Below the pieces are notes generated by a model. That model made no database searches. It was not told where the DNA came from and saw only the letters and a program-made list of their open reading frames with translations. The translations under genes were made by a program, and so were the position numbers. Of a stretch of 58,963 bases of DNA, positions 40,233 through 49,618 are shown in pieces (the stretch's first letter is position 1; the number at the start of each line of letters is the position of its first letter). Source of the stretch: a virus (lineage: Duplodnaviria; Caudoviricetes); the IMG/VR virus record IMGVR_UViG_3300025886_000023, positions 1 through 58,963 of that record. One strand, 5' to 3'.

Positions 40233-42206
40233 ATGTTTAGTATTAGTGAGGTTAATGTCCGTAGATTCGGACTATCAGATACCTTTGTAAATCGTTATAA
40301 AGATTTAGATGTCCCGTGGGGACCAGTAGGATATATTACCTACAAACGAACCTATGCTCGACGGTTGAATGAATTCACAGAAGGAGCAGAAGGTACCGAA
40401 GAGTGGTATCAAACTTGTCGTCGTGTGATTGAAGGAATGTTTGACATTCAGAAAAGACATGTCCATGCTCTCGGCTTAGAATGGAATGACCAGAAAGCAC
40501 AGAGAACAGCCAAAGAAGCATATGATAGACTCTTCAATCTTAAGTGGACCCCTCCGGGTCGTGGGCTATGGATGATGGGCACAAAGTTCATATACGAGCG
40601 AACAGGAGCAGGTCTATTCAATTGTGCTTTCCGCTCAACAAGAGAACTATCAGCAAAGGGTGGATATCTTTTTGCTTGGATGATGGACGCTCTTATGGTT
40701 GGAATTGGCGTTGGCTTTGATACACTCGGAGCAGGAACAGTTACCATTAAAGAAGCACAGTATTCAAATGAAACATACATAGTTCCCGACTCTCGTGAAG
40801 GATGGGTGAACTCTGTCAGAATTCTTCTCGACGGATTTTTTCTCGGGAAAAAAATTCCCAACTTTGATTACTCTCTCATAAGACCTCCCGGCTCTCTCAT
40901 CAAGGGTTTCGGGGGTACAGCGTCAGGACACGGACCTTTGGAGGAATTACACAATGATCTTAAAGAACTTTATACAGCGAAAGCTGGAGAAGCCATCACA
41001 TCAGTGGACATTGTTGATACTGAAAATCTTATTGGCCGTTGTGTTGTCGCAGGGAATGTTCGTCGTTCTGCTGCCCTTGCTCTTGGTCAGTTTGATGATA
41101 AAGATTATCTCACGATGAAGAATGATGAAAAGAAACTCTATCACCATCGCTGGGGTTCAAACAATTCTTTCGAAGCAAAGGTTGGAATGGACTACACTTG
41201 GCACGCAGAGCAGTCTCAAACCAACGGAGAGCCCGGCTATATCTGGCTGGAAAACGCTCGCACGAGGGGGCGAATGAAGGACGGCTATCGCGATGACGAT
41301 CTTAAGGTCATGGGCTTCAACCCGTGCGTTGAGCAACAATTAGAAGACGGAGAGTTATGCTGCCTTGTCGAAACCTTCCCCGCAAAGCACGATTCATATG
41401 AGGACTATCTGAAAACCCTCAAGATCGCCTATCTTTACGGAAAGACTGTCACATTAGCTAACACTCACTGGCCCGAGACCAATGCGCTCATGCTTAAGAA
41501 CCGCCGAATCGGATTGTCCCAATCCGGAGTTGTTCAAGCTTTCAATAAGTTTGGTCGTCGTGTAATGTATCAATGGTGCGACAATGCTTATGAGCATGTG
41601 AAAGAGCTTGACGAGGAATACTCGGACTGGCTATGTATCCCGCGTTCCGTTCGGACCACATCAATCAAGCCATCCGGCACCGTGTCTCTTCTTAACGGAT
41701 CGACACCGGGAATCCATTTCCCCGAGGACGAGTATTATATTCGTCGGATTCGTTTCTCAAAAGATTCGCAATTGATTGTATCGTTGCGCGAAGCAGGTTA
41801 TAAAATTGAAGAGGATTCATATTCGCCGAATACACTCTGTGTGGAATTCCCCGTTCATGAACCATTCTTTCAGAAAGGAAAAAAAGATGTATCTATGTGG
41901 GAGCAACTTGAGATTGCGGCACAATACCAGCATTACTGGGCCGATAACTCGGTTTCCATTACGGTTACCTTTCAGCCCAGCGAAGCACATCAAATCAAGG
42001 ATGCTTTGGAGATGTATGAGACAAGACTTAAAGCAGTTTCATTCCTTCGTTATCAGGAAACAGGATATGTTCAAGCTCCATACGAGCCCATAACAAAAGA
42101 AGAGTATGAAGAAATGATAAAGGACCTCATCCCAATTCAGCGCATTGATACAAACGAAGCAGGACAGGTACCAAAGTTTTGTTCTAATGATTCTTGTGAA
42201 ATTTGA
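40233..42206 (+). CDS. nrdJ: Class II (adenosylcobalamin) ribonucleotide reductase, monomeric type
   Basis: PPGRGLW, NCAF, VAGNVRRSA, NPCVEQ, TSIKPSGTVS, C-terminal CSNDSC. Confidence 0.92.
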   Translation: MFSISEVNVRRFGLSDTFVNRYKDLDVPWGPVGYITYKRTYARRLNEFTEGAEGTEEWYQTCRRVIEGMFDIQKRHVHALGLEWNDQKAQRTAKEAYDRLFNLKWTPPGRGLWMMGTKFIYERTGAGLFNCAFRSTRELSAKGGYLFAWMMDALMVGIGVGFDTLGAGTVTIKEAQYSNETYIVPDSREGWVNSVRILLDGFFLGKKIPNFDYSLIRPPGSLIKGFGGTASGHGPLEELHNDLKELYTAKAGEAITSVDIVDTENLIGRCVVAGNVRRSAALALGQFDDKDYLTMKNDEKKLYHHRWGSNNSFEAKVGMDYTWHAEQSQTNGEPGYIWLENARTRGRMKDGYRDDDLKVMGFNPCVEQQLEDGELCCLVETFPAKHDSYEDYLKTLKIAYLYGKTVTLANTHWPETNALMLKNRRIGLSQSGVVQAFNKFGRRVMYQWCDNAYEHVKELDEEYSDWLCIPRSVRTTSIKPSGTVSLLNGSTPGIHFPEDEYYIRRIRFSKDSQLIVSLREAGYKIEEDSYSPNTLCVEFPVHEPFFQKGKKDVSMWEQLEIAAQYQHYWADNSVSITVTFQPSEAHQIKDALEMYETRLKAVSFLRYQETGYVQAPYEPITKEEYEEMIKDLIPIQRIDTNEAGQVPKFCSNDSCEI

Positions 42207-42231
42207 CAAGACATCGAAAGCATGTTATAAT
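42203..42231 (+). promoter_or_regulatory. sigma70-type promoter
   Basis: TTGACA-N17-TATAAT (consensus). Confidence 0.8.
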
Positions 42232-42252
42232 ATAAAAACCCTTGGAGAAGAA

Positions 42253-42531
42253 ATGAATTTTATACCAGAAAATAGACACCTATTAGTTATACCAGAAGAA
42301 GAAGCACCCACCGTTGGCGAACTCAACCTTATAATGCCTGCTGAGTTTAAGCCTCCTCAATCAATGTATGTTGTTTGCACCGTTAAAGCAATTGCCTCAG
42401 ACTCAAAGTTTGGACCTTTTGTTGAAAATAAGAAGATTGTTGTGGAACGAAGGATGCTTCATGAGATTGATTTTGGTAGCGAAACCATCTATTTAGTGTT
42501 AGAAAACTATGTTTTTGGGAGATTACAGTGA
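42253..42531 (+). CDS. groES: GroES-like co-chaperonin
   Basis: F.P..RHLLV, LIMP, V.AI, YLVLENYVFG resemble Cpn10; 92 aa. Confidence 0.6.
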   Translation: MNFIPENRHLLVIPEEEAPTVGELNLIMPAEFKPPQSMYVVCTVKAIASDSKFGPFVENKKIVVERRMLHEIDFGSETIYLVLENYVFGRLQ

Positions 42532-43343
42532 AATTAACAAAAAAGATATTAAAAGAAGCTATTAGCAAAACAATCCAAGAGAGCAGTATGCTCATCGCGA
42601 ATCCAATTGATGACAAGATGATTGTCCAAGAAGGGAAGTATTTTTATTCACTTCGTCGTCTTGATGAAACAACGATAACCGGAATCCAAGGAAAGTATAT
42701 GGACAACGGATTTATCGTTATCACTTCGGACAGAGACTGTCACGCAGAACTTGGTATTCCCTATGGTGAACCTTGTCCCGAGTATCCCGAACCCGGCAAT
42801 GCCCAAGAACAAGAGGAAAAAAACATCGCCAATCGTCAAGAACTTAAAGATTTGGTTCGCTCTGCTGGCTTTGGTTATACACCTGTCTATGGTGGGTATC
42901 GTGAAGAGATTAAAAATGCCGAAGGGAAGGTTATCGGTCATGTAGACGCAGAAGACCCAGAACACTCTCTTCTTATCATGGCTCGCGGTGGCAACAAAGA
43001 GCTTGACCACACGGCCCTTAAAGATCTTGGAAAAGAACTTGCTGCCAAATTCAATCAAGACTCATTCTTCTTTAAGCCTCCCGGCGAAGAAGATAGTAAT
43101 GCCTACTTCATCTCATCAAACGGCGAGGTAAAACAAACATTTTCAGATTTTGTATTTGGCGACCTTGACCAAGCATACTTTACACAATTAGCCCGAGGCA
43201 AGCAAGCACACCAACCACAGAAAAGATTTTCCGCTGTTTCCGAAGGTATTTATATTCCAAAGCCACCTCTTACAGGCATAGAAGCCCGTCGGAGAAGAGG
43301 CGAAATCTTTATCAGCTATAAGCGACAATTGGAGACTAAGTGA
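42528..43343 (+). CDS. Hypothetical late protein (DUF3293-like core)
   Basis: MKLTKKILKEAI leader; ITSDR..N...L...G..Y.P..G.Y.E..EHS...FNQDS; late motif at 42489. Confidence 0.55.
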   Translation: MKLTKKILKEAISKTIQESSMLIANPIDDKMIVQEGKYFYSLRRLDETTITGIQGKYMDNGFIVITSDRDCHAELGIPYGEPCPEYPEPGNAQEQEEKNIANRQELKDLVRSAGFGYTPVYGGYREEIKNAEGKVIGHVDAEDPEHSLLIMARGGNKELDHTALKDLGKELAAKFNQDSFFFKPPGEEDSNAYFISSNGEVKQTFSDFVFGDLDQAYFTQLARGKQAHQPQKRFSAVSEGIYIPKPPLTGIEARRRRGEIFISYKRQLETK

Positions 43344-44056
43344 ACCACGAAGATAAAAATATAATACACTACTTATACGGAGACGATATTGGATCGGTTA
43401 GTTTGGTAGAGTCATATGGTACAGACCTAACAATTGTTAACGCTGCTCGCGTCTCTTTCGGAGTAAAGAAAGATAATGTTGACAAGAGAGACAAAAAACT
43501 TATCAAATACCTTGCTGAACATCGCCATACATCAACCTTCGAACATTGCGGCGCAACTTTTCGTTTCGTTGTCCCGATGTTTGTTAGGTCTCAACATATG
43601 CGTCACCGTACATGGTCCTATAACGAAATCTCTCGTAGATACACGGACAAAGATTTACAATTTTATACCCCTAACTCTTTTCGAACCCAACACAAAACGA
43701 ATCGCCAAGCATCAAATTTAGATGAGATAAATCCTGTAATACAGCCAGACCTTTCTGACTTCGGTGAGGGAATAAGGGCATCTCATTCCGTTCAAACACA
43801 TGTTCAGCAAAGTTTAAAACTATTTAATAGACTAATGACTGAAGGAGTTTGTCGTGAGCAAGCGCGAATGGTTTTACCGCAAAATCTGTACACTGAATAC
43901 TACGGTACCTGCTCTTTGTCTAATCTTCTTAAGTTTATCAGCCTCCGAACTCACGAAGGTGCGCAATGGGAAATACAAAAAGTCGCAGAAGCCTGTCTGG
44001 AAATTAGCAAGAGCTTGTGGCCGGAAGCTGTGGGAGCATTCGCCGGTGAAAGATGA
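43340..44056 (+). CDS. thyX: FAD-dependent thymidylate synthase
   Basis: RHRTWSYNEISRRY signature, H.S.FEH, EQARMVLP, AQWEI. Confidence 0.95.
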   Translation: MNHEDKNIIHYLYGDDIGSVSLVESYGTDLTIVNAARVSFGVKKDNVDKRDKKLIKYLAEHRHTSTFEHCGATFRFVVPMFVRSQHMRHRTWSYNEISRRYTDKDLQFYTPNSFRTQHKTNRQASNLDEINPVIQPDLSDFGEGIRASHSVQTHVQQSLKLFNRLMTEGVCREQARMVLPQNLYTEYYGTCSLSNLLKFISLRTHEGAQWEIQKVAEACLEISKSLWPEAVGAFAGER

Positions 44057-44309
44057 GAAGATTGCCCCAATCTATAAGAAGGGAGATCTTGTTCACCTAG
44101 AGACATTCAATCTAATGTCCGTATTTGAAGAACCAGAGATGAAAATTGGAATTATAATAAGTGATCCTTACTACGATAACAATTATACATATAACGATTG
44201 GATCTGCTATGATGAACCCATCTATGATATCCAATTCCCCGATGAGAAACGAACAGGACTACCACAAAACTTTTTAACCAAGATAAAAACTAAAAAGGAG
44301 AAGTCATAG
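44046..44309 (+). CDS. Small hypothetical protein
   Basis: GTG start with SD GGGAG; YKKGDLV SH3-like start. Confidence 0.55.
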   Translation: MKDEKIAPIYKKGDLVHLETFNLMSVFEEPEMKIGIIISDPYYDNNYTYNDWICYDEPIYDIQFPDEKRTGLPQNFLTKIKTKKEKS

Positions 44310-44326
44310 AACTTCAATTTACAGAG

Positions 44327-45115
44327 TTGGTCATTGGCCGCACAATCAAATCACTAATTTATGCTTATAAAAATGAACTCCCGATAATTCTTCACAATCC
44401 AGTGAGGCCATCGGGAGTTGAGCATATGTCTGAATCTTATAATTTTGACTACCTTCTCTTTGATAAAAATCCAACTGCTGGAGAGATCTGGGATCGCTTG
44501 GTTTTCGTCTTAGGAATGGCAGGATTGATGGTTGTACCTGACATCATTGAAACACTCCGACATGACGAAAAAAACAAAACCGTAACAATCGTCACATCAC
44601 AAAGATTGCGATTTTTGGTTAAATACCAAGCACTTACAATTCTTGATCCAAGCGAGAGCGGCTACTGTTGGATCTATGATTGGTTTGATGTTCGCTCTGG
44701 TTCTACCGCATGTCCCGATGTTATCCGAGGGCTTGATGATACACCTCAGCGACTTGTATTTTATCCCTCAAAACGATCAGGGCCTCGTGCTGGATCAAAG
44801 GATCTCGTTGCCATTTCTTGTGTAAAAGAAGAGGACATTGATAGCTGGGACCACTCAATACCTGTGATGAAAATCCGATGCCTTAAGTTGATGAAAGCTC
44901 GGGGAATTAATGGCGGCGTTAAAGGATACAACAAAAAAGGAAAGCCACGATACGAACAGGTCAAAATTGAGCACGGATGGCGAGAGACCAAAAAAGATAT
45001 TAAAAGTTTATATACATTAGAGGAACTATGCAAGATGAAGATAAAAGGAAATCGGCTGACGAACTTAACGACAAACCTTTTCTTAACCACAAAAACTTTC
45101 ACCTCGCAGGAGTAA
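44327..45115 (+). CDS. Hypothetical protein with degenerate Rossmann-like N-terminus (start possibly ATA 44306)
   Basis: LVIGRTIKSLIYAY resembles the first beta-alpha unit of FAD-binding proteins. Confidence 0.55.
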   Translation: MVIGRTIKSLIYAYKNELPIILHNPVRPSGVEHMSESYNFDYLLFDKNPTAGEIWDRLVFVLGMAGLMVVPDIIETLRHDEKNKTVTIVTSQRLRFLVKYQALTILDPSESGYCWIYDWFDVRSGSTACPDVIRGLDDTPQRLVFYPSKRSGPRAGSKDLVAISCVKEEDIDSWDHSIPVMKIRCLKLMKARGINGGVKGYNKKGKPRYEQVKIEHGWRETKKDIKSLYTLEELCKMKIKGNRLTNLTTNLFLTTKTFTSQE

Positions 45116-45984
45116 TCCCAGTAGCAGGTCACAAAGTTGACTTCGGAATGGAGTGGGACGAATGCTTAACACCAGTCTCTCCCAACTACAGCCTAATCGA
45201 AAACGCCATCTATGAGTGTGCTTGGGCTGGCTGCGATACAATCTGGATTGTTGTCAATGACGACATGGCTCCCTTGCTTCGTTATCGCATTGGTGATAAA
45301 GTTCAGGACCCAATCTATGTCACAACCAAGTTTGCTAAATTTCCTAAGCATTATCAAAAACATATCCCAATCTTTTATGTTCCCATTCATCCAAAGGATA
45401 GAGACAAGAGAGATTGCCTTGCTTGGTCTGTTCTTCACGGAGCAGTTTCTTGTTTTAAGATCTCAGAGTTCCTAAGCAAGTGGGTAAAGCCAGACAAATT
45501 TTATGTTTCCTTTCCTTTCTCTGTTTTTTACTCTCCGGACCTCCGAGAATACAGACCCAAGATTAGGTCAAAAAACAACTTCTATGTGCTAAATTCTGGG
45601 AAGTCGGTTCAAGACAACCTCTATGCTTCCTTCACCTTCGGAAAGGAAGAATTCGTTAAATACAGGCGAATAATCAGGAAGAAAGGCACAGGAATGTTTG
45701 ATCGCTCAAGTCCATTGGACGAAAGAGGTATGAATACGATAAAATTGCCAATCAACGAAAGATATTCTGCTCGTTATTTTGATTTGGGAGATGTTTTCAC
45801 TGACCTAGACATTGGAGAAGAGAATTTTGTTGAGCCTAAATGGTATTACGATATTGGCACTTGGGAAGAGTATTGTACCTTCCTATCATCCGAGGAGAGC
45901 AAAAAAATAAAAAGGCCAAACCATCTTGTTATGAATTTTAGAGAATTTAATAAAATTGGAATTGACAATGAGGGTGAACCGTAG
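45028..45984 (+). CDS. Nucleotidyltransferase-like (GT-A fold) protein
   Basis: AGVIPVAG..L.P...LIE.AI.E...AG...I.IVV and C-terminal YYDIGTWE resemble sugar-1-phosphate nucleotidyltransferases. Confidence 0.6.
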   Translation: MQDEDKRKSADELNDKPFLNHKNFHLAGVIPVAGHKVDFGMEWDECLTPVSPNYSLIENAIYECAWAGCDTIWIVVNDDMAPLLRYRIGDKVQDPIYVTTKFAKFPKHYQKHIPIFYVPIHPKDRDKRDCLAWSVLHGAVSCFKISEFLSKWVKPDKFYVSFPFSVFYSPDLREYRPKIRSKNNFYVLNSGKSVQDNLYASFTFGKEEFVKYRRIIRKKGTGMFDRSSPLDERGMNTIKLPINERYSARYFDLGDVFTDLDIGEENFVEPKWYYDIGTWEEYCTFLSSEESKKIKRPNHLVMNFREFNKIGIDNEGEP

Positions 45985-45996
45985 TATTTAGTATAC

Positions 45997-46635
45997 ATGA
46001 TCGTACACAAACTAGAACACAAAAGATTGATGAATGAGCTTAACTATAAATATAGTGAAATTAAGCTCATTACCGAGACTCTACCAGAATTATATGGTGA
46101 ATTTGAAGATTACTATAAGAATTTTCTAGAAGAGAAAGGTCTTTCAAAAGAGGAGTTGGAAAAGTCTGATTCACCTGAATTTGCCAAGTTCAAAGAGGAA
46201 ATGAAACCCCAAGCACCAGAAACTGATGAAACTGGTATTACCATTGTTGAAGAAAAGACCGATGAGTATAAGCTGGGTAAAAAAGCTTTTACTAAGCTTT
46301 ATCGAGAAATTGTAAAAAAAGCACACCCCGATAAGATCATGACAGAAGATCCCTTTTATCGCAATGAATTGACTATTCTATTTAAAGGCGCTACCTATGC
46401 TATGGACAAGGGCAAGTGGTCAAAACTTCTTAAAATAGCGGAAGATTTAGGCGTAAAACCGCCAAATTATAAAGAGATCAATCGCTTTCTGAAGAAAGAG
46501 GTAAAAGAACTAGATAATCAAGTTAAGCTCCATAAAAGGAAATTTTGTTGGAGACTCTACGAAGCAGAAGAGAAAAATGAAAAGGATAAGGTCATACAAA
46601 ACTTTATTCATCAATTATTTGGGAGAAAGGTATGA
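45997..46635 (+). CDS. J-domain (DnaJ-like) protein
   Basis: KLYREIVKKAHPDK with HPD motif, followed by F..A..A. Confidence 0.7.
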   Translation: MIVHKLEHKRLMNELNYKYSEIKLITETLPELYGEFEDYYKNFLEEKGLSKEELEKSDSPEFAKFKEEMKPQAPETDETGITIVEEKTDEYKLGKKAFTKLYREIVKKAHPDKIMTEDPFYRNELTILFKGATYAMDKGKWSKLLKIAEDLGVKPPNYKEINRFLKKEVKELDNQVKLHKRKFCWRLYEAEEKNEKDKVIQNFIHQLFGRKV

Positions 46636-46847
46636 GCATCATAAACACAATTTCTATAAATGATAATTATCATTTATTTGAAGACATGTCCGAAGAGGAA
46701 GATATTTATCTTGAGATAGATGATATTAGCGACTGTACTTTTGAAATTTGGACTCACCCAGACGGAACTCACAGCAGGGCCGTTATAAAGATATCCCGAG
46801 AAGACTTTGAGGAAATGATTGATGCCTATCAATCCGAAAACTGTTAA
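46632..46847 (+). CDS. Small acidic hypothetical protein
   Basis: ATGA overlap with the upstream gene. Confidence 0.55.
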   Translation: MSIINTISINDNYHLFEDMSEEEDIYLEIDDISDCTFEIWTHPDGTHSRAVIKISREDFEEMIDAYQSENC

Positions 46848-47085
46848 GATTGGCTCACTTGTCCGCGTTCAAGAAGGTTCTTACTTTTCATGGGAGCACC
46901 AACAATACATTAAAGTCTCATTCACCTCTATTGGAGTCGTCTTGGCTATTTTTCACTATAATGAGAACAGTTATCCCTTTACAATCTTAGGCTATGAGTT
47001 TTTAGCCGAGGTCTTTATTGATGGCCATCGTTTTATTGATGTCCCCAATTTTAAATTATATGATGTTGGCGATGAAAACATATAA
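46822..47085 (+). CDS. Small hypothetical protein
   Basis: SD GAGGA; KIGSLVRV SH3-like start. Confidence 0.5.
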   Translation: MPINPKTVKIGSLVRVQEGSYFSWEHQQYIKVSFTSIGVVLAIFHYNENSYPFTILGYEFLAEVFIDGHRFIDVPNFKLYDVGDENI

Positions 47086-47455
47086 ATACAATCATCGTTC
47101 ACGCATAGAAGAGTTCGAGGCTCTTTATAATAATTTTGAATATTTGTTTGATGCTTCCTTTTATGGATTTGAAATCGGTCCCGGCTGGTTTGAAATAATA
47201 GCTGATTTCGTTGTTAAGGCCGACAGGCATGTATCTGCTCATCCCGATAAATTCACAGATTTTCGTATTTTTCAAGTTAAAGAAAAGTTCGGTGGTCTTA
47301 GAATTTATGTCCACGATCAGGACCACTATCTAAATTCTGTCATTGCCCAAGCCGAGAGAGATGCTTATCTTGCTTGTACGGTATGTGGAAATCATGTTTA
47401 TACGACACTTGGCTTCGGTGCTCAGATGTGCGAAGAACATTTTAATATGTTTTAA
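47072..47455 (+). CDS. Conserved phage hypothetical protein
   Basis: GWFEII, QVKEKFGGLRIY and CTVCG motifs. Confidence 0.65.
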   Translation: MKTYKYNHRSRIEEFEALYNNFEYLFDASFYGFEIGPGWFEIIADFVVKADRHVSAHPDKFTDFRIFQVKEKFGGLRIYVHDQDHYLNSVIAQAERDAYLACTVCGNHVYTTLGFGAQMCEEHFNMF

Positions 47456-47507
47456 AAAACTTACATAAAAGAAATCGTATAATCTTTACATAAGGCATTT
47501 ATTATGT

Positions 47508-47547
47508 AAAAGAACTTGACAAAACTTATCAATATGTTATATTATAT
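47508..47547 (+). promoter_or_regulatory. sigma70-type promoter; copy 1 of a 40-bp direct repeat
   Basis: AAAAGAACTTGACAAAACTTATCAATATGTTATATTATAT. Confidence 0.8.
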
Positions 47548-47569
47548 GTATAATTCAAAAGGAGTAATT

Positions 47570-48205
47570 ATGTTAGAACAAGTCCTTTCAAAAGTTCTAG
47601 ACCTTCCTCACATTAGCAATGCGAAGGGTGCCCATGAATCAGCGGTTGAATCAATTCTTGAACAAGCAGGGCTTGACCTTGCGACAATTGAACAGTTAGG
47701 AATAAGCAAAAAAGCTATACGAACCGCGTCGGTTTCTCAAACAGTTAAGCCAAACATTTTTGTACCCCAACCTTGTGGTTCTCAAAGCTTTCCGGACTTT
47801 ATTGTTTCTGATTCATCTGGTAAAATTTTCTACATCGAATGTAAAAGCTCTAAAGATGACAAAATTGTCTGGAATTCTGGATTTCCAAAGAAAGAAGCCA
47901 TTTATATTGTTTCATCTGGAAAACAAAACATACAATCTGTAGTATTGGGTGAAGACATCTGGGATGAAGAAGAGGAGAGACTAGCTTTTGAAGCATTTAG
48001 TGAAATGAAAAAGATACAAGAGCAGTATTATGCTAAATTAAAGAGCATTGGCTCTAAGTTGCGCCCTTATTGTCGAGAAATGTATAATGATAGCAACAAG
48101 ATTGCTGGTCATGAAGACAGAGAACAAAGAATACAGAGAGTATATGATTCTATTAGGGGAGATGTTAATGGCCAATCTATTAAAGATATCCGCAGAGTAT
48201 TATAA
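47570..48205 (+). CDS. PD-(D/E)xK nuclease, putative type II restriction endonuclease
   Basis: PDFIV...FYIECKS motif; overlaps an MTase gene. Confidence 0.65.
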   Translation: MLEQVLSKVLDLPHISNAKGAHESAVESILEQAGLDLATIEQLGISKKAIRTASVSQTVKPNIFVPQPCGSQSFPDFIVSDSSGKIFYIECKSSKDDKIVWNSGFPKKEAIYIVSSGKQNIQSVVLGEDIWDEEEERLAFEAFSEMKKIQEQYYAKLKSIGSKLRPYCREMYNDSNKIAGHEDREQRIQRVYDSIRGDVNGQSIKDIRRVL

Positions 48206-49460
48206 TCAAACTACTCTGGAGCATCGCAAAAAACACGGACAGTATTTTACTTCATCTGACATTAAAGATGAAGCACTATCATTGATTTCGTTTAATGATG
48301 ATGATCTTGTTCTTGAAAACTCATGCGGCACAGGTGAATTTATTGATTCAGCGCTAAAACTGAATCCCAAAATAAACATGGTAGCTTACGACATAGATCA
48401 AAACCTAATCAACCTTGTGAATTCAAATTTTAATGTTACCTCTGAATGTAAAGATTATCTATTGCTAGACCATAATGCGCAATTTGATAAAATCATTGGC
48501 AACCCTCCTTACTTTCAAATGACAATAGCCGAGGCTACTAAGAAAGGATATAAAAAATATTTAGATGTATGCTTGGGAAAACCTAACATTTACGCCATGT
48601 TCATTAAGGCGTCCATTGACTCGCTCAAGCCTGAAGGCGAGCTTGTATATGTCGTGCCCACTTCCATGAACAATGGAAACGATTTTAGGAAGTTAAGAGA
48701 GTATATTGTTGAAAATACTAATATTGAAAACATGATTCTTTTTGATGAGAAACAATTTGACTCAGCACAACAAAATGTTATGATCTTTCATCTTAAAAAG
48801 CTCCGAAAGGGCGAAGTAAATAATGGCAAGTTCATTTTCATACAGTCTGGTATTTCTATTTTCTCCACTGAGGCATCCTTTTTAGAAGACTGTTTCAAGA
48901 ACGGCAAGACACTAGAGGAATTAGGATTTGATGTTATGACTGGTAATGTTGTTTGGAATCAAAACAAACCATTGATGTCGAGAGATAACACCGATCTTGT
49001 ATTAGTTTGGGCTTGTAATTTAGTAAACAACAAGGTGCTTCTTGGCGTTGATAAGTTAAATCAAGAACACATGTTGAACGAGGAATTAAAACCCAAGCAC
49101 CAAAAGGGACAGTATGTTAAAAAAGAGGTAATTGATAAGGGCAAGACAATTGCCTTAAATTCAAAGCCTCTAACTAAAAAATGTATTATTGTTAATCGAG
49201 TAACGGGCGCCTCTGTTAATGCTAAGATCAGAGCAGCCATTGTTGATTTTAAGGGTAAAGAATTTTTTGTTGAAAACCATCTCAATTATATAACAACAAC
49301 CGACAACTGTAATTTTACATTGGAAGACCTGTATGTTCAGTTGATAAAGCCCGAGGTTACAAATTTTATTAAGAAATTAACTGGGAATACTCAAATATCT
49401 AAAAAAGAATTATTGAAATTAATTCCCATTAAAATGCCAAAAGAATTTGACAAAACTTAG
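48168..49460 (+). CDS. DNA N6-adenine methyltransferase (gamma class)
   Basis: GQYFT, LENSCGTGEF, IIGNPPY, then a TRD-like region. Confidence 0.9.
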   Translation: MANLLKISAEYYNQTTLEHRKKHGQYFTSSDIKDEALSLISFNDDDLVLENSCGTGEFIDSALKLNPKINMVAYDIDQNLINLVNSNFNVTSECKDYLLLDHNAQFDKIIGNPPYFQMTIAEATKKGYKKYLDVCLGKPNIYAMFIKASIDSLKPEGELVYVVPTSMNNGNDFRKLREYIVENTNIENMILFDEKQFDSAQQNVMIFHLKKLRKGEVNNGKFIFIQSGISIFSTEASFLEDCFKNGKTLEELGFDVMTGNVVWNQNKPLMSRDNTDLVLVWACNLVNNKVLLGVDKLNQEHMLNEELKPKHQKGQYVKKEVIDKGKTIALNSKPLTKKCIIVNRVTGASVNAKIRAAIVDFKGKEFFVENHLNYITTTDNCNFTLEDLYVQLIKPEVTNFIKKLTGNTQISKKELLKLIPIKMPKEFDKT

Positions 49461-49478
49461 CAGTATGTTATATTATAT
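49439..49478 (+). promoter_or_regulatory. sigma70-type promoter; copy 2 of the 40-bp direct repeat
   Basis: AAAAGAATTTGACAAAACTTAGCAGTATGTTATATTATAT (3 mismatches to copy 1). Confidence 0.8.
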
Positions 49479-49495
49479 ACATAAAAGGAGGATTG

Positions 49496-49618
49496 ATGGA
49501 ACACTTGATGAACTGTCACGGGGAATGGGTAATCTTGCTCAATGCCCTTTATGCTTTGCCGGTTGTCGGCATTTGGTTACGATGTAAATTAGCACACAAA
49601 CACACGGAGAACGAATAG
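49496..49618 (+). CDS. 40-aa hydrophobic small protein (absent from ORF track)
   Basis: SD AAGGAGG; MEHLMNCHGEWVILLNALYALPVVGIWLRCKLAHKHTENE; stop overlaps the next GTG. Confidence 0.6.
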   Translation: MEHLMNCHGEWVILLNALYALPVVGIWLRCKLAHKHTENE

